A stretch of DNA of 64,000 nt from Mobula hypostoma (lineage: Eukaryota), in contig NC_086108.1 of assembly GCF_963921235.1 (NCBI RefSeq), positions 16,864,001 through 16,928,000 of the forward strand. The letters run 5' to 3'. The translations under genes and the position numbers were made by a program. The stretch's first letter is position 1; every line of letters starts with the position of its first letter. This document shows positions 25,961-38,515 of the stretch, one piece after another. Under the pieces are notes generated by a model. It was not told the DNA's origin. It saw nothing but the letters and a program-made list of their open reading frames with translations, and ran no database searches.

Positions 25961-27458
25961 ACATTCTCTCCACCCCTCTCCCTTTCTAATTCAAAGAACA
26001 ATTTTTAATGCTGATGAAGGGTCCTATATCTGAAATATCAACTCTCCTTTCTTTCCTTCATTAATTTGCAGCACCTGCTGAGTGCATCCAGCATTTTTGT
26101 TTTTTTTTGTTTTGGATTTCCAACATCTGCAGGTTTTTGTTTCAACTGAACATTACTTTCTTGCACCAATTTGCAATTCCCCTTTTTTTTAATTCTCAAA
26201 AGACGCAAAATAAAAGAAAGAGGCCAAGCTGGAACTGTGAGCATGGTTCTTATCCACATCATTCTATTTGTCTGTTTGAGTTAGGAAGGGCTTATGGAAA
26301 CAGTGACATTAATAAGGAAGAGCCACCTGTTCCAAATATGCAGTTTGTCCTGATTTGAAGCCAAAAAGTGAGACAGGGACTATTGCAGATCAAATCTAAA
26401 TCAGTAATACAGCAGAATAACACAACAATTTAAAATAAAAACAAAAAAAGACTGGCAAAACTCAAGTCTGCCAACATCTGTAAAAAGAGAGAGTCATGTT
26501 TTGGGTTTGCTATCCTTCAATGATTGTTTCTCTTTCACACATGTTGCCTGATCTGATGAGTTTTTCCCCAGAATTTTCAGATTTCCACTATCTACGGTCC
26601 TTTGATTGACAATTAACTTGGTTCTGTTGAAATGAGTTTAGATGAATAATGGAACCTTGACAGCCTTGGGGCTCAGGAAGAATCCCTCCAGATTAAAATT
26701 GCATCATGGCAAGGTGAGGGCAACTGAAGTCACCAAGTAATCAAATTCAAATCAAATTAAATTCACGTTTAATTATCATTCAACCATATACAAATACAGC
26801 CAAACGAAACAGCATTCCTCTGGGGCCAACGTTCAAAACATACACAGCACATTCAAAGTAGAGAGCAAAAAAGCCATATATATTTTTTCACATATCCAAA
26901 TAAACCTGTAAGAAATTTGATTCCATGGATGTGGGGAGTGCACTAAAACCTTAATGTAATAAGTTACTGATTCAAAGATTGCTATGATACACACTAATTC
27001 ATTGCACAATAAAATCTGTTCATACGATTAACATGTTCTTTTACTGGAACTTAAGTTGAATGCTGGTTGAATGAGACGTTTTTTAAAACTTTTTCTAGTT
27101 GAAGTCTGATAAATAGTGGAGAATTATAGCTTTGGGCATAGGTGGAGAACAGTTAGGGCTAAGAGCAGGTGTCTTTGCATAAGAATCACATTTGCACAAA
27201 GTTTAAAGTTGTTTAATTGCTATTTTTCCAAAATGGTATTAATATGCTCCACAAGTCCTGTTAACAATAATCAATTTAATGTAAACCATTGGCAGTAATG
27301 TAATTAAATAAAAGTAATTAAAAAGTATTTCAATGACATGAAATAATCTGTTTGCATCAAATTAAGTTGCAGTACTCTCAACAGAATGCCAAAAGTGGAA
27401 TGCCAAGGACTGCAGGATTCATGGCATGGTATTTATAGCGCTTCAATGACATTCCTAC

Positions 27459-27518
27459 TTGCTTTAGAACAAGTAGGTGACCTTCAAATGGTACGTTTTT
27501 AACACAACAGTAAACATC
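27459..27518 (-). CDS. Weak candidate exon of host gene (DVYCCVKNVPFEGHLLVLK[Q])
   Basis: Acceptor ttttctatgctgcag. Donor CAA|gtagga, or GC donor AA|gcaagt ending at 27463. Confidence 0.35.
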
Positions 27519-27945
27519 CTGCAGCATAGAAAATTTAGGAAGATTAAAGTTCTTATTTATATAATATCTAGCATATTCCCAGAGCCTCTCAAACCACTTC
27601 ATAAACCAGTAATTAACTATTCATAGTAATGTAGGCATATGTAGTATTAATTTGTGCATTGGGAATTCAAAAGCAAAACAGATAATTCATCAGATAATTT
27701 GTTTTGATTGAGTGCTGAAATCTGATCAGAACTGAGATTACATACCTTTTTCAAATAGTGCCATGTGATCTTTAACACATCTGAACAAATCTAGTTTATC
27801 ACCTCATTGATAGGACAACACCAACTGCATAGTTTTCCCTTGATTTGTCTCTAAAACTAACATTCTAATCTGCATTTGAGTTCTGAAGCAATATACGAAT
27901 ATCGATCTGCTAACTCTTGAGAAAACTACTGTTAAGAACAAAAGC

Positions 27946-28153
27946 AACACACATCAAAGTTGCTGGTGAACGCAGCAGGCCAAGCAGCATCTATAGGAAG
28001 AGGCGCAGTCGACGTTTCAGGCCGAGGAAGGGTCTCGGCCTGAAACGTCGACTGCGCCTCTTCCTATAGATGCTGCTTGGCCTGCTGCGTTCACCAGCAA
28101 CTTTGATGTGTGTTGCTTGAATTTCCAGCATCTGCAGAATTCCTGTTGTTTAC
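27946..28153. mobile_element. Miniature foldback Penelope-like insertion made only of pLTR ends
   Basis: 15-bp TSD GTTAAGAACAAAAGC at 27931-27945 and 28154-28168. Perfect 85-bp inverted arms with a 7-nt loop. Confidence 0.92.
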
Positions 28154-29260
28154 GTTAAGAACAAAAGCTTTTATTGTCCACCAATGCTTTTATTGTCCCA
28201 TTTTGGACTCTCAGGCTGAAGGTCGCATGACAACTTTATCAACAGATTGTGAGTTCAGACATCACTTTAGTACTTGAACATAGTATAAGATATCAGATTT
28301 AGTGGTATCCTAGAGAAAAGTTTGGGCTTGCTCAAAAATGTAGCAGGCATCTGACTAAAATCAAACATAGCATTGAAATTCATAAAACTATCCAAAAATG
28401 TTTGTATTTATTGCAATGCACACTTGCTATATAATTCCAAATAATTTGTTGACCTTGAAGAAATACACTATTTCAATATCATTCCAATATTTTAACTACT
28501 CTCTCTCAAAGACCAGAGTGATATTCCAGTCAGTCTAAAGTTACTTTAATCAGCAAATGAGAGTAAGTATTAACCCAGAACAACTAATCCGGATAAGTGT
28601 GAGGTGATGCATTTTGGAAGGACAAACCAGAAGGCTGAGTACAGGGTTAATGCTCAGTTTCTTAAGAGTGTGGATGAACAGAGGGACCTGGGGGTTCAAA
28701 TCCATACATCCCTCAAGGTCGCTACACAGATTGATAGGATAGTTAAGAAGGCCTATGGGATGCTAGGCTTCATTAATAGGGGGACTGAGTTCAAGAGTAG
28801 AGAGGTCATGTTGCAACTCTACAAATCTCTGGTGAGACCACTCTTCGAGTATTGTGTTCAGTTCTGGTCACCTCATTACAGGAAAGATGTGGAAGCTATG
28901 GAGAGGGTGCAGAGGAGATTTACCAGGATTTTGCCTGGATTGGAAAACAAGTCTTATGAGGCAAGGTTAGCAGAGCTGAGACTTTTCTCTATGGAGCGTA
29001 GAAGGATGAGAGGGGACTTGATAGAAGTCCACAAGATTATGAGAGGCATAGATAGGGTGGATAGCCAGTACCTGTTTCCCAGGGCACGAATAGCAAACAC
29101 CAGAGGGCATATGTAGGAAGTTAAGGGAAGGAAGTTTAGGGGAGACATCAGGGGTATGTATTTAAACAACAGGAATTCTGCAGATGCTGGAAATTCAAGC
29201 AACATACATCAAAGTTGCTGGTGAACGCAGCAGGCCAGGCAGCATCTATAGGAAGAGGCG

Positions 29261-29298
29261 CAGTCGACGTTTCAGGCCGAGACCCTTCGTCAGGACTA
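29261..29298 (-). ncRNA. Minimal type I hammerhead ribozyme in PLE pLTR
   Basis: Minus strand TAGTC-CTGACGA-AGGGTCTCGGCCT-GAAA-CG-TC^GACTG. Confidence 0.8.
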
Positions 29299-29592
29299 AC
29301 TGAAGGAAGAGTGAGTAAGGGATTTGAAAGCTGGAGGGGGAGGGGGAGATGCAAAATGATAGGAGAAGACAGGAGGGGGAGGGATGGAGCCGAGAGCTGG
29401 ACAGGTGATAGGCAGAAGGGGATACGAGAGGATCATGGGACAGGAGGTCCGGGAAGAAAGACGGGGGGGGGGGGTGACCCAGAGGATGGGCAAGAGGTAT
29501 ATTCAGAGGGACAGAGGGAGAAAAAGGAGAGTGAGAAAAAGAATGTGTGCATTAAAAAGAGTAACAGATGGGGTACGAGGGGGAGATGGGGC

Positions 29593-31203
29593 CTAGCGGA
29601 AGTTAGAGAAGTCAATGTTCATGCCATCAGGTTGGAGGCTACCCAGATGGAATATAAGGTGTTGTTCCTCCAACCTGAGTGTGGCTTCATCTTTACAGTA
29701 GAGGAGGCCGTGGATAGACATGTCAGAATGGGAATGGGATGTGGAATTAAAATGTGTGGCCACTGGGAGATCCTGCTTTCTCTGGCGGACAGAGCGTAGA
29801 TGTTCAGCAAAGCGGTCTCCCAGTCTGCGTCGGGTCTCACCAATATATAAAAGGCCACATCGGGAGCACCGGACGCAGTATATCACCCCAGTCGACTCAC
29901 AGGTGAAGTGATGCCTCACCTGGAAGGACTGTTTGGGGCCCTGAATGGTGGTAAGGGAGGAAGTGTAAGGGCATGTGTAGCACTTGTTCCGCTTACACGG
30001 ATAAGTGCCAGGAGGGAGATCAGTGGGGAGGGATGGGGGGGACGAATGGACAAGGGAGTTGTGTAGGGAGCGATCCCTGCGGAATGCAGAGAGAGGCGGG
30101 GAGGGAAAGATATGCTTAGTGGTGGGATCCCGTTGGAGGTGGCGGAAGTTACGGAGAATAATATGTTGGACCCGGAGGCTGGTGGGGTGGTAGGTGAGGA
30201 CCAGGGGAACCCTATTCCTAGTGGGGTGGTGGGAGGATGGAGTGAGAGCAGATGTACGTGAAATGGGGGAGATGCGTTTAAGAGCAGAGTTGATAGTGGA
30301 GGAAGGGAAGCCCCTTTCTTTAAAAAATGAAGACATCTCCCTCGTCCTAGAATGAAAAGCCTCATCCTGAGAGCAGATGCGGCGGAGACGGAGGAATTGC
30401 GAGAAGGGGATGGCGTTTTTGCAAGAGACAGGGTGAGAAGAGGAATAGTCCAGATAGTTGTGAGAGTCAGTAGCCTTATAGTAGACATCAGTGGATAAGC
30501 TGTCTCCAGAGACAGAGACAGAAAGATCTAGAAAGGGGAGGGAGGTGTCAGAAATGGACCAGGTAAACTTGAGGGCAGGGTGAAAGTTGGAGGCAAAGTT
30601 AATAAAGTTAACGAGTTCTGCATGCGTGCAGGAAGCAGCGCCAATGCAGTCGTCGATGTAGCGAAGGAAAAGTGGGGGACAGATACCAGAATAGGCACGG
30701 AACATAGATTGTTCCACAAACCCAACAAAAAGGCAGGCATAGCTAGGACCCATACGGGTGCCCATAGCTACACCTTTAGTTTGGAGGAAATGGGAGGAGC
30801 AAAAGGAGAAATTATTAAGAGTAAGGACTAATTCTGCTAGACGGAGCAGAGTGGTGGTAGAGGGGAACTGATTAGGTCTGGAATCCAAAAAGAAGCGTAG
30901 AGCTTTGAGACCTTCCTGATGGGGGATGGAAGTATATAGGGACTGGACATCCAAGGTGAAAATAAAGCGGTGGGGGCCAGGGAACTTAAAATCATCGAAA
31001 AGTTTAAGAGCGTGAGAAGTGTCACGAACATAGGTCGGAAGGGATTGAACAAGGGGTGATAAAACAGTGTCGAGGTATGCAGAAACGAGTTCGGTGGGGC
31101 AGGAGCAAGCTGAGACAATAGGTCGGCCAGGACAGGCAGGTTTGTGGATCTTGGGTAGGAGGTAGAAACCGGAAGTGCGGGGTGTGGGAACTATAAGGTT
31201 GGT
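29593..31203 (-). CDS. PLE reverse transcriptase plus GIY-YIG endonuclease (about 536 aa, no native start)
   Basis: Stop-free frame: FYLLPKIHK, GRPIVS, LDVQSLYTSI, GVAMGTRMGPSYA, RYIDD, linker CKRNKCYTC and GVIYCVRCSRCGLLYIGET. Confidence 0.92.
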   Translation of the reverse strand, partial: TNLIVPTPRTSGFYLLPKIHKPACPGRPIVSACSCPTELVSAYLDTVLSPLVQSLPTYVRDTSHALKLFDDFKFPGPHRFIFTLDVQSLYTSIPHQEGLKALRFFLDSRPNQFPSTTTLLRLAELVLTLNNFSFCSSHFLQTKGVAMGTRMGPSYACLFVGFVEQSMFRAYSGICPPLFLRYIDDCIGAASCTHAELVNFINFASNFHPALKFTWSISDTSLPFLDLSVSVSGDSLSTDVYYKATDSHNYLDYSSSHPVSCKNAIPFSQFLRLRRICSQDEAFHSRTREMSSFFKERGFPSSTINSALKRISPISRTSALTPSSHHPTRNRVPLVLTYHPTSLRVQHIILRNFRHLQRDPTTKHIFPSPPLSAFRRDRSLHNSLVHSSPPSLPTDLPPGTYPCKRNKCYTCPYTSSLTTIQGPKQSFQVRHHFTCESTGVIYCVRCSRCGLLYIGETRRRLGDRFAEHLRSVRQRKQDLPVATHFNSTSHSHSDMSIHGLLYCKDEATLRLEEQHLIFHLGSLQPDGMNIDFSNFR

Positions 31204-31469
31204 AGCAGGGGTATGTATTTTTTTTACACAGTGGGTTGTGGGTGCCTGGAATGACTTGCCAGGGATGGTGGTGGAGGCTAAAACATTAGGGGTATTTAAG
31301 AGCCTCTTGGACAGGCACATGGATGAAAGAAAAATAGAGGGTTGTGGGGTAGTGTGGGTTTAGTACATTTTTTTAGGAATATATGGGTCGGCACAACATC
31401 GAGGGCCGAAGGGACTGTACTGTGCTGTAGTATTCTAGTGTCTAGTGTCTAAAACTGAAAGCATCTTGC

Positions 31470-32590
31470 CCCAATGTAGTCCCAGGGTATGTCCTTAGAT
31501 ATTGTGCAGATCAGCTAGTGGAGGTACTGTAGACATTTTAATCTCTCCCTACTTCAATCTAAAGTTCTCACCGCTTTAAGAAGATCACTATCATCCCAGT
31601 ATCAAATAACTTAGTGTGCCTTAATGACTATGCCTTGTGGCTCTTGACATCAACCATCATGAAGTGCTTCAAGAGGCTGGTCATGGCAGCATCAGTTCCA
31701 GTCTTCCATGACCCACTGCAACTTATCTACCACTCGAACAGATCCATGGTGCGTGCCTTCTCCTTGGCCCTACACTCAACTCTTGAGCAAATAAATAATA
31801 AAAGCATCTACGTAAGATAACAATTTATTGACAACAGTTATGTTGTCAATATCATAATTCCAAGCAAACTCATTTCCAAAGACCTAGACCTGCAACTTAA
31901 CCCTTTGCAACAAGATCCTTGAATTCCTGACCAACAGACCACAATCAGTTAGGATAGGCAACATCTCGGCCACAACTATCCTCAATATTGGAGCCCCACA
32001 AAGCTGCATCCTCAGCCCCTTATTTTACTCCCTATATACTTATGACTGTGTGGCCAGATTCTGCTCTAACTGCCTCTACAAGTTTGCAGATGGCATCAGT
32101 ATAGTGGACAGAACCACGAACATTGAAGAGTTAGAGTAGAAGAGGAAGATAGAGGGCCTTACAGTAAATTCAAAATCAACATTCTCAATGTCAGCAAAAC
32201 AAGAGTTTGTCATTGATGTCAGGAAGAGGCAAAATGCGCACACACCTGTTTACATCAATGAAGCTGAGGTTGAGAGCTTCAGGTTTCTAGGAGTGAACAT
32301 CTATCTCAAAGCACATACCACCAAGTTCAAAGGCAGCTTTAATTCTGCTGTTATAAGACTATTGAACAGACAATAAAATGGGACTCTTAGCTTTACGATC
32401 TACCGCATCTTGACCTTGCATCTTATTGAATGTCCGCACTGCATTTTCTGTTAGTGTAATATTATATTCTGCATTCTGTTATTGCTTTTCCCTTGTTCTA
32501 TCTCAATGTACTGATGTGATGAAATGATTTCTGTGGATAACACACAAAGCACAGAAGCTCAGTACATGTGACAAAAATAAATCAATTTAC
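31470..32590 (+). mobile_element. Degraded Rex1/Babar-type LINE
   Basis: LTSTIMKCFKRLV..DPLQL and FRFLGVNI..AVIRLLN remnants. Confidence 0.75.
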
Positions 32591-34858
32591 TGTATTAAAA
32601 CCAAAATGATCCAAAATAGTCAGGTTCCCAACCTGAAATGTAAACTCTGTTTCTCTTTCCATAGATTTTGTCTGACTGTTTGGTCTTTCCAGCATCTTCT
32701 GTTTTCATTTCAACAATAAATTCATTTTGGTCTTGCTGGCCCTTGTAATCCGAATTGCAAAAGGGCTATTATCATTACTGAAGTTCTAGTTTACGTAATT
32801 TTTTTTAAATTCTGATGGACCAACTCTTCCTGTGTGCTGTGCAGTGTAGATTTCTGGTCCTCACCAACAACACCTGCATCAAAAATGCCTGTAGTCCAAA
32901 TCCATGCTTGTCCTCTTTTTCCGATCATCTTTTCTGTACCTGGTCTATATAATAACATATGCATGGAGTTTTTGGCTTCTAATGTCCATCGTTACTATGT
33001 TGTTCCTCATTTTCAGTTTCTTTACAATCTCTCCAGCGCTCCATCTCAACAATCCTCCATTACCTTATGATAGTAGGTCTTTCACAGTATTTTTCATTTG
33101 AAAACAAATCTCCTACCACCTCCTGACTCCTATTCTTTTCCTCTATCTGTGCCTGCAATTATTGTCCATTCCGCAGTAGAATAAAGGATGGTAAAAAGAA
33201 AAAAAGCAACCACTCATGGATTTCTGGTCCAGCAACTATTATTTTATCATTTCCTTAACCAAATGGCTGAAACGGATGCCATTCTGGTAGAGGAATATGA
33301 CATTCCATAGCGACCCGTACAGTGGTCCATGATCAAAACCAATTTCTTATGGAGGTCCTAGATTGCAGAAAGCTCGGAATCCCCATGATTGGCACTATAT
33401 TTGTGCACAACAGAATGAGTGGTTGTCAAGAAAAATGTTCCATTCCCAATGGAAAAAAAATATGCACCTATGGTGCTGACTGAAGTCCCTAGATTGGCAA
33501 GTACAGAGGTTGGAGGCCTGAGTCTGGAGCTACGTTCTGGAGATCAGAGGACTAGAGAGGCCTGTCCTGGGATTGGAGGCTTATCTGTGTGCATGAGAGT
33601 GGTGGGTTGGTAGGAAAGGGGTTTGCTTTGTTGCTCTTGCTCTGTGTTATGTGTGATGACACTTCTGCTGCCCCTAGTACACCCTTAGATTGACCATAAG
33701 ACAAAGGAGCCATTCAGCCCATCAAGTCTGCTCCGCCATTTTATCATGAGCTGATCCATTCTCCCATTTAGTCCCACTTCCCCGCCTTCTCACCATAGCC
33801 TTTGATGCCCTGGCTACTCAGATACCTAGCAATCTCTGCCTTAAATACACCCAATGACTTGGCCTCCACTGCCGCCCGTGGCAACAAATTCCATAGATTC
33901 ACCACCCTCTGGCTAAAAAAATTTCTTTGCATCTCTGTTCTGAATGGGCACCCTTCAATCCTTAAGTCATGCCCTCTCGTACTAGACTCCCCCATCATGG
34001 GAAACAACTTTGCCACATCCACTCTGTCCATGCCTTTCAACATTCAAAATGTTTCTATGAGGTCCCTCCTCATTCTTCTAAACTCCAAGGAATACAGTCC
34101 AAGAGTGGACAAACGTTCCTCATATGTTAACCCTGTCATTCCCGGAATCATTCTAGTGAATCTTCTCTGTACCTTCGCCAACGTCAGCACATCCTTTCTT
34201 AAATAAGGAGACCAAAACTGCCCACAGTACTCCAAGTGAGGTCTTACCAGCGCCTTATGGAGCCTCAGCATCACATCCCTGCTCCTATTCTATTCCCTGC
34301 TTCTATTCCTCTAGAAATGAATGCCAACATTGCATTCACCTTCTTCACCACCAACTCAACTTGGGGGTTAACCTAAAGGGTATCCTGCACGAGGACTCCC
34401 AAGTCCCGTTGCATCTCAGAACTTTGAATTCTCTCCCTATTTAAATAATAGTCTGCCCGTTTATTTCTTCTGCCAAAGTGCATAACCATACACTTTCCAA
34501 CATTGTATTTGATTTGCCACTTCTTTGCCCATTCTTCCAATCTATCCAAGTCTCTCTGCAGACTCTCTGTTTCCTTAGCACTACCGGCCCCTCCACCTAT
34601 CTTCGTATAATCAGCAAACTTAGCCACAAAGCCATCTATTCCATAATCCAAATCGTTGATGTACAACGTAAAAAGAAGCGGCCCCAACATGGACCCCTGT
34701 GGAACACCACTGGTAACTGGCAGCCAACCAGAATGGGATCCCTTTATTCCCACTCTCTGTTTCCTGCCAATCAGCCAATGCCCTCTCCACGTATGTAACT
34801 TCCCCGTAATTCCATGGGCTCTTATCTTGTTAAGTAGCCTTATGTGTGGAACCTTGTG

Positions 34859-36353
34859 GCGAGGGCAGAGATTGCTGAGCCTCTGGCTAGGATCTTTATG
34901 TCCTCGTTCTCCACGGGAATGGTACCGGAGGATTGGAGGGAGGAGAATGTTGTCCCCTTGTTCAAAAAAGGTAGTAGGGATAGTCCGGGTAAATATAGAC
35001 CAGTGAGCCTTACGTCTGTGGTGGGAAAGCTGTTGGAAAAGATTCTTAGAGATAGGATCTATGGGCACTTAGAGAATCATGGTCTGATCAGGGACAGTCA
35101 GAATAGCTTTGTGAAGGTCAGATCGTGTCTAACAAGCCTGATAGAGTACTTTGAGGAGGTGACCAGGCATATAGATGAGGGTAGTGCAATGGATGTGATC
35201 TATATGGATTTTAGTAAGGCATTTGACAAGGTTCCACACGGTAGGCTTATTCAGAAAGTCAGAAGGCATGGGATCCAGGGAAGTTTGGCCAGGTAGATTC
35301 AGAATTGGCTTGCCTGCAGAAGGCAGAGGGTTGTGGTGCAGGGAGTACATTCAGATTGGAGGATTGTGACTACTGGTGTACCACAAGGATCTGTTCCAGG
35401 ATCTCTACTTTTCGTCATTTTTATTAATGACCTGGATGAGGGTGTAGAAGGGTGGGTTGGCAAGTTTGCAGACGACACAAAGGTTGGTGGTGTTGTAGAT
35501 AGTGAGATAGTGTAGAGGATTGTCGAAGATTGCAGAGAGACATTGATAAGATGCAGAAGTGGGCTGAGACGTGGCAGATGGAGTTCAACCCGGAAAAAAT
35601 GTGAGGTGGTACAATTTGGAAAGACAAACTCCAAGGCAGAGTACAAAGTAAATGGCAGGATACTTGGTAGTGTGGAGGAGCAGAGGGATCTGGGGGTACA
35701 TGTCCACAGATCCCTGAAAGTTGCCTCACAGGTAGATAGGGTAGTTAAGAAAGCTTATGGGGTGTTAGCTTTCATAAGCCGAGGGATAGAGTTTTAAGAG
35801 TTGCGATGTAATGATGCAGCTCTATAAAACTCTGGTTAGGCCACACTTGGAGTACTGTGTCCAGTTCTGGTCGCCTCACTATAGGAAGGATGTGGAAGCA
35901 TTGGAAAGGGTACAGAGGAGATTTACCAGGATGCTGCCTGGTTTAGAGAGTATGGATTATGATCAGAGATTAAGGGAGCTTTGGAGAGAAGAAGGATGAC
36001 AGGAGACATGATAGAGGTGTACAAGGTAATAAGAGGAATAGATAGAGTGGATAGCCAGCGCCTCTTCCCCAGGGCACCGCGGCTCAATACAAGGGGACAT
36101 GGCTTTAAGGGAAAGGGCGGGAAATTCAAAGGGGATATTAGAGGAAGGTTTTTTACTCAGAGAGTGGTTGGTGCATGGAATGCACTGCCTGAGTCAGTGG
36201 TGGAGGCAGATACACTCGTGAAGTTTAAGAGACTCCTAGATAGGTATATGGAGGAATTTAAGGTGGGGAGTTATATGGGAGGCAGGGTTTGAGGGTCGGC
36301 ACAACATTGTGGGCTGAAGGGCCTATACTGTGCTGTACTATTCTATGCTCTAT
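34859..36353 (+). mobile_element. 5'-truncated CR1 nested antisense in CR1
   Basis: TTGTG is duplicated at 34854-34858 and 36354-36358. RT motifs through to the tail. Confidence 0.88.
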
Positions 36354-37670
36354 TTGTGAAGGGCCTTCTGAAAATCCAAATATACAACATCCACTGCATC
36401 TCCCTTGTCTAGCCTACTTGTAATTTCCTCAAAAAATTGTAATAGGTTTGTCAGGCAGGATTTTCCTTTAAGGAAACCATGCTGAGTTCTGCCTATCTTG
36501 TCATATGCCTCCAGGTACTCTGTAACCTCATCCTTGACAATCGACTCCAACAACTTCCCAACCACCGATGTCAAGCTAACAGGTCTATAATTTTTTTGCT
36601 TCCTTGCCCCCTTCTTAAATAGCGGAGTGATATTTGCAATCTTCCAGTCCTCCGGAACCATGCCAGAATCTATCGACTTTTGAAAGATCATCGCTAATGC
36701 CTCCGCAAGCTCCACAGCTACTTCCTTCAGAACACGAGGGTGCATTCTATCCGGTCCAGGAGATTTATCTACCTTTAGACTATTCAGCTTCCTGAGTACT
36801 TTCTCAGTCGTAATTGTGACTGCGCACACTTCTCTTCCCTGCCACCCTTGAGTGTCCGCTATACTGCTGATGTCTTCCTCAGTGAAGACTGATGCAAAAT
36901 ACTCATTCAGTTCCTCCGCCATCTCCTTACCTCCCATTACAACTTCTCCAGCATCATTTTCTATCGGTCCTATATCTACTCTTACCTGTCCATTACTCTT
37001 TATATACTTGAAAAAGCTCTTAGATATTATTTGCTAGCTTCCTTTCATAGTTCATCTTTTTCCTCTTAATTACCTTCTTAGGTTCCTTTTGTAAGCTTTT
37101 AAAAACTTCCCAATTCTCTGTCTTCCCACTAATTTTTGCTTCCTTGTATGCGCTCTCCTTTGCTTTAACTTTGGCTTTGACTTCTCTTGTCAGCCATGGT
37201 TGCATCCTTTTTCCATTCGAAAATTTCTTCTTTTTTGGAATATACCTGTCTTGCACCTTCCTCACATCTCACATAAACTCCAGCCACTGCCCCTCTGCCG
37301 TCCTTCCCGCCAGTGTCCCTTTTCAGTCAACTTTGGCCAGTTCCTCTCTCATGCCACTATAATTTCCTTCACTCCACTGAAATACCGACACATCGGATTC
37401 GGCTTCTCTTTTTCAAATTTCACAGTGAACTCAATCATGTTATGATTACTGCCTCCTAAGGGTTCCTTCACCTCAATCTCTCTAATCACCTCTGGTTCAT
37501 TACACAATACCCAATCCAGTACAGCCGATCCCCTAACGGGCTCAACAACAAGCTGTTCTAAAAAGCCATCTCGCAGACATTCTACAAATTCTCTCTCCTG
37601 AGATCCAGTGCCAACCTGATTTTCCCAATCCAGTCGCATGTTAAAATCCCCCACAATTATCATAACACTG

Positions 37671-38515
37671 TGTTACGTACCCCGTAACTGGGTTGCCAAA
37701 CCAGCAGAAATGGATCACTCAGTTGGAGTCTGGAGTACTAGAACTAAGAAAGTTTTATTAAAGAAACAAGCAACACAGTAATCGAAAGGATAATAAATGC
37801 AACAGTTCAACAATGATAACCACACATGTGCACAGAATTAAGATAACAGCATCAATCAAGCTCTATCGTTGTCTAGGGGTAAATGACCAAATTTCAAAAT
37901 GACTCAAAGTTCAGTCCAGTTCAGTTCGCAGTAATCGTTGCCATGGCGATGGACAACGTGGGGGAAGAGAGAGATAGAACAGGAACAACTGATCATTCAG
38001 ACACAGCTTCACTCACAGACCGGCGAGATGGCTTTTGGGCGGGTCCTTGGTGATGTCACCTGAGGTCACCGACTGTGACCCCTCCTCCAGATGCGGTCGA
38101 TCCTCTGCAGTGAACCCGGCACCCAGGCAAGGGCGGAACACACCGGGTTCCCGCTGATCGTACCTTTCCACCGTGGTCGTTGTCTAGTACTTCTCACCCA
38201 CTCGTGAGAGGCGCACCGCTTCCAGGGTCTCGTTACCTCGGGTGGCGTTTGTGTCCGTCTTAGCGAACCTGTCCCTTTTTATCCCCCTGCTGGGGTATCG
38301 CCTGTCCATCACTTCAAACAGTTCAAGGTTCAAAGGGGGGGAGCCGCTCCAGACAGCTCTCTCTCCCCCACGTCCCTTCATTACACATCTCCAGACGCTG
38401 CTCCATTGTTCCTTATCTCTCCTTCCCCTGAGGGCAGGTGGCAGACCAACTGCTGATGTCACTGATGCTAACCTAGGCCAGCAAACATCTTAATTTTATG
38501 TGTATTCTCGTAACA
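37671..38515 (-). mobile_element. Solo LTR, family A (845 bp)
   Basis: TGTTACG...CGTAACA termini, 4-bp TSD ACTG, and AATAAA plus TATA-like GATAAAAAG on the minus strand. Confidence 0.9.

Larger units (their letters stand above)
29164..31205 (-). mobile_element. Young 5'-truncated Penelope-like element (Neptune-type)
   Basis: 15-bp TSD CAGGGGTATGTATTT at 29149-29163 and 31206-31220. pLTR plus tail at the 3' end. Confidence 0.95.
28585..31451 (+). mobile_element. CR1 3' fragment split by a PLE insertion
   Basis: ORF 28604-29116 is CR1 ORF2 C-terminus. The CR1 resumes after 31206 and ends in a (TCTAGTG)n tail. Confidence 0.88.

Noticed and set aside
27942..28118. Hairpin as a MITE or canonical miRNA gene
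   Set aside because: The arms are PLE pLTR sequence with an asymmetric tail and a 15-bp TSD, unlike DNA-transposon TIRs.
31204..31320. N-terminal 39 aa of the 575-aa ORF
   Set aside because: It is antisense CR1 flank and TSD fused in frame by chance, not the PLE start.
33260..33357. Minus-strand exon candidate DLHKKLVLIMDHCTGRYGMSYSSTRMASVSAI
   Set aside because: Weak donor (gttaag) and phases do not link to the adjacent candidates. Unresolved without RNA-seq.
34373..35296. Overlapping opposite-strand RT ORFs as a bidirectional gene
   Set aside because: Explained by one CR1 nested antisense in another.
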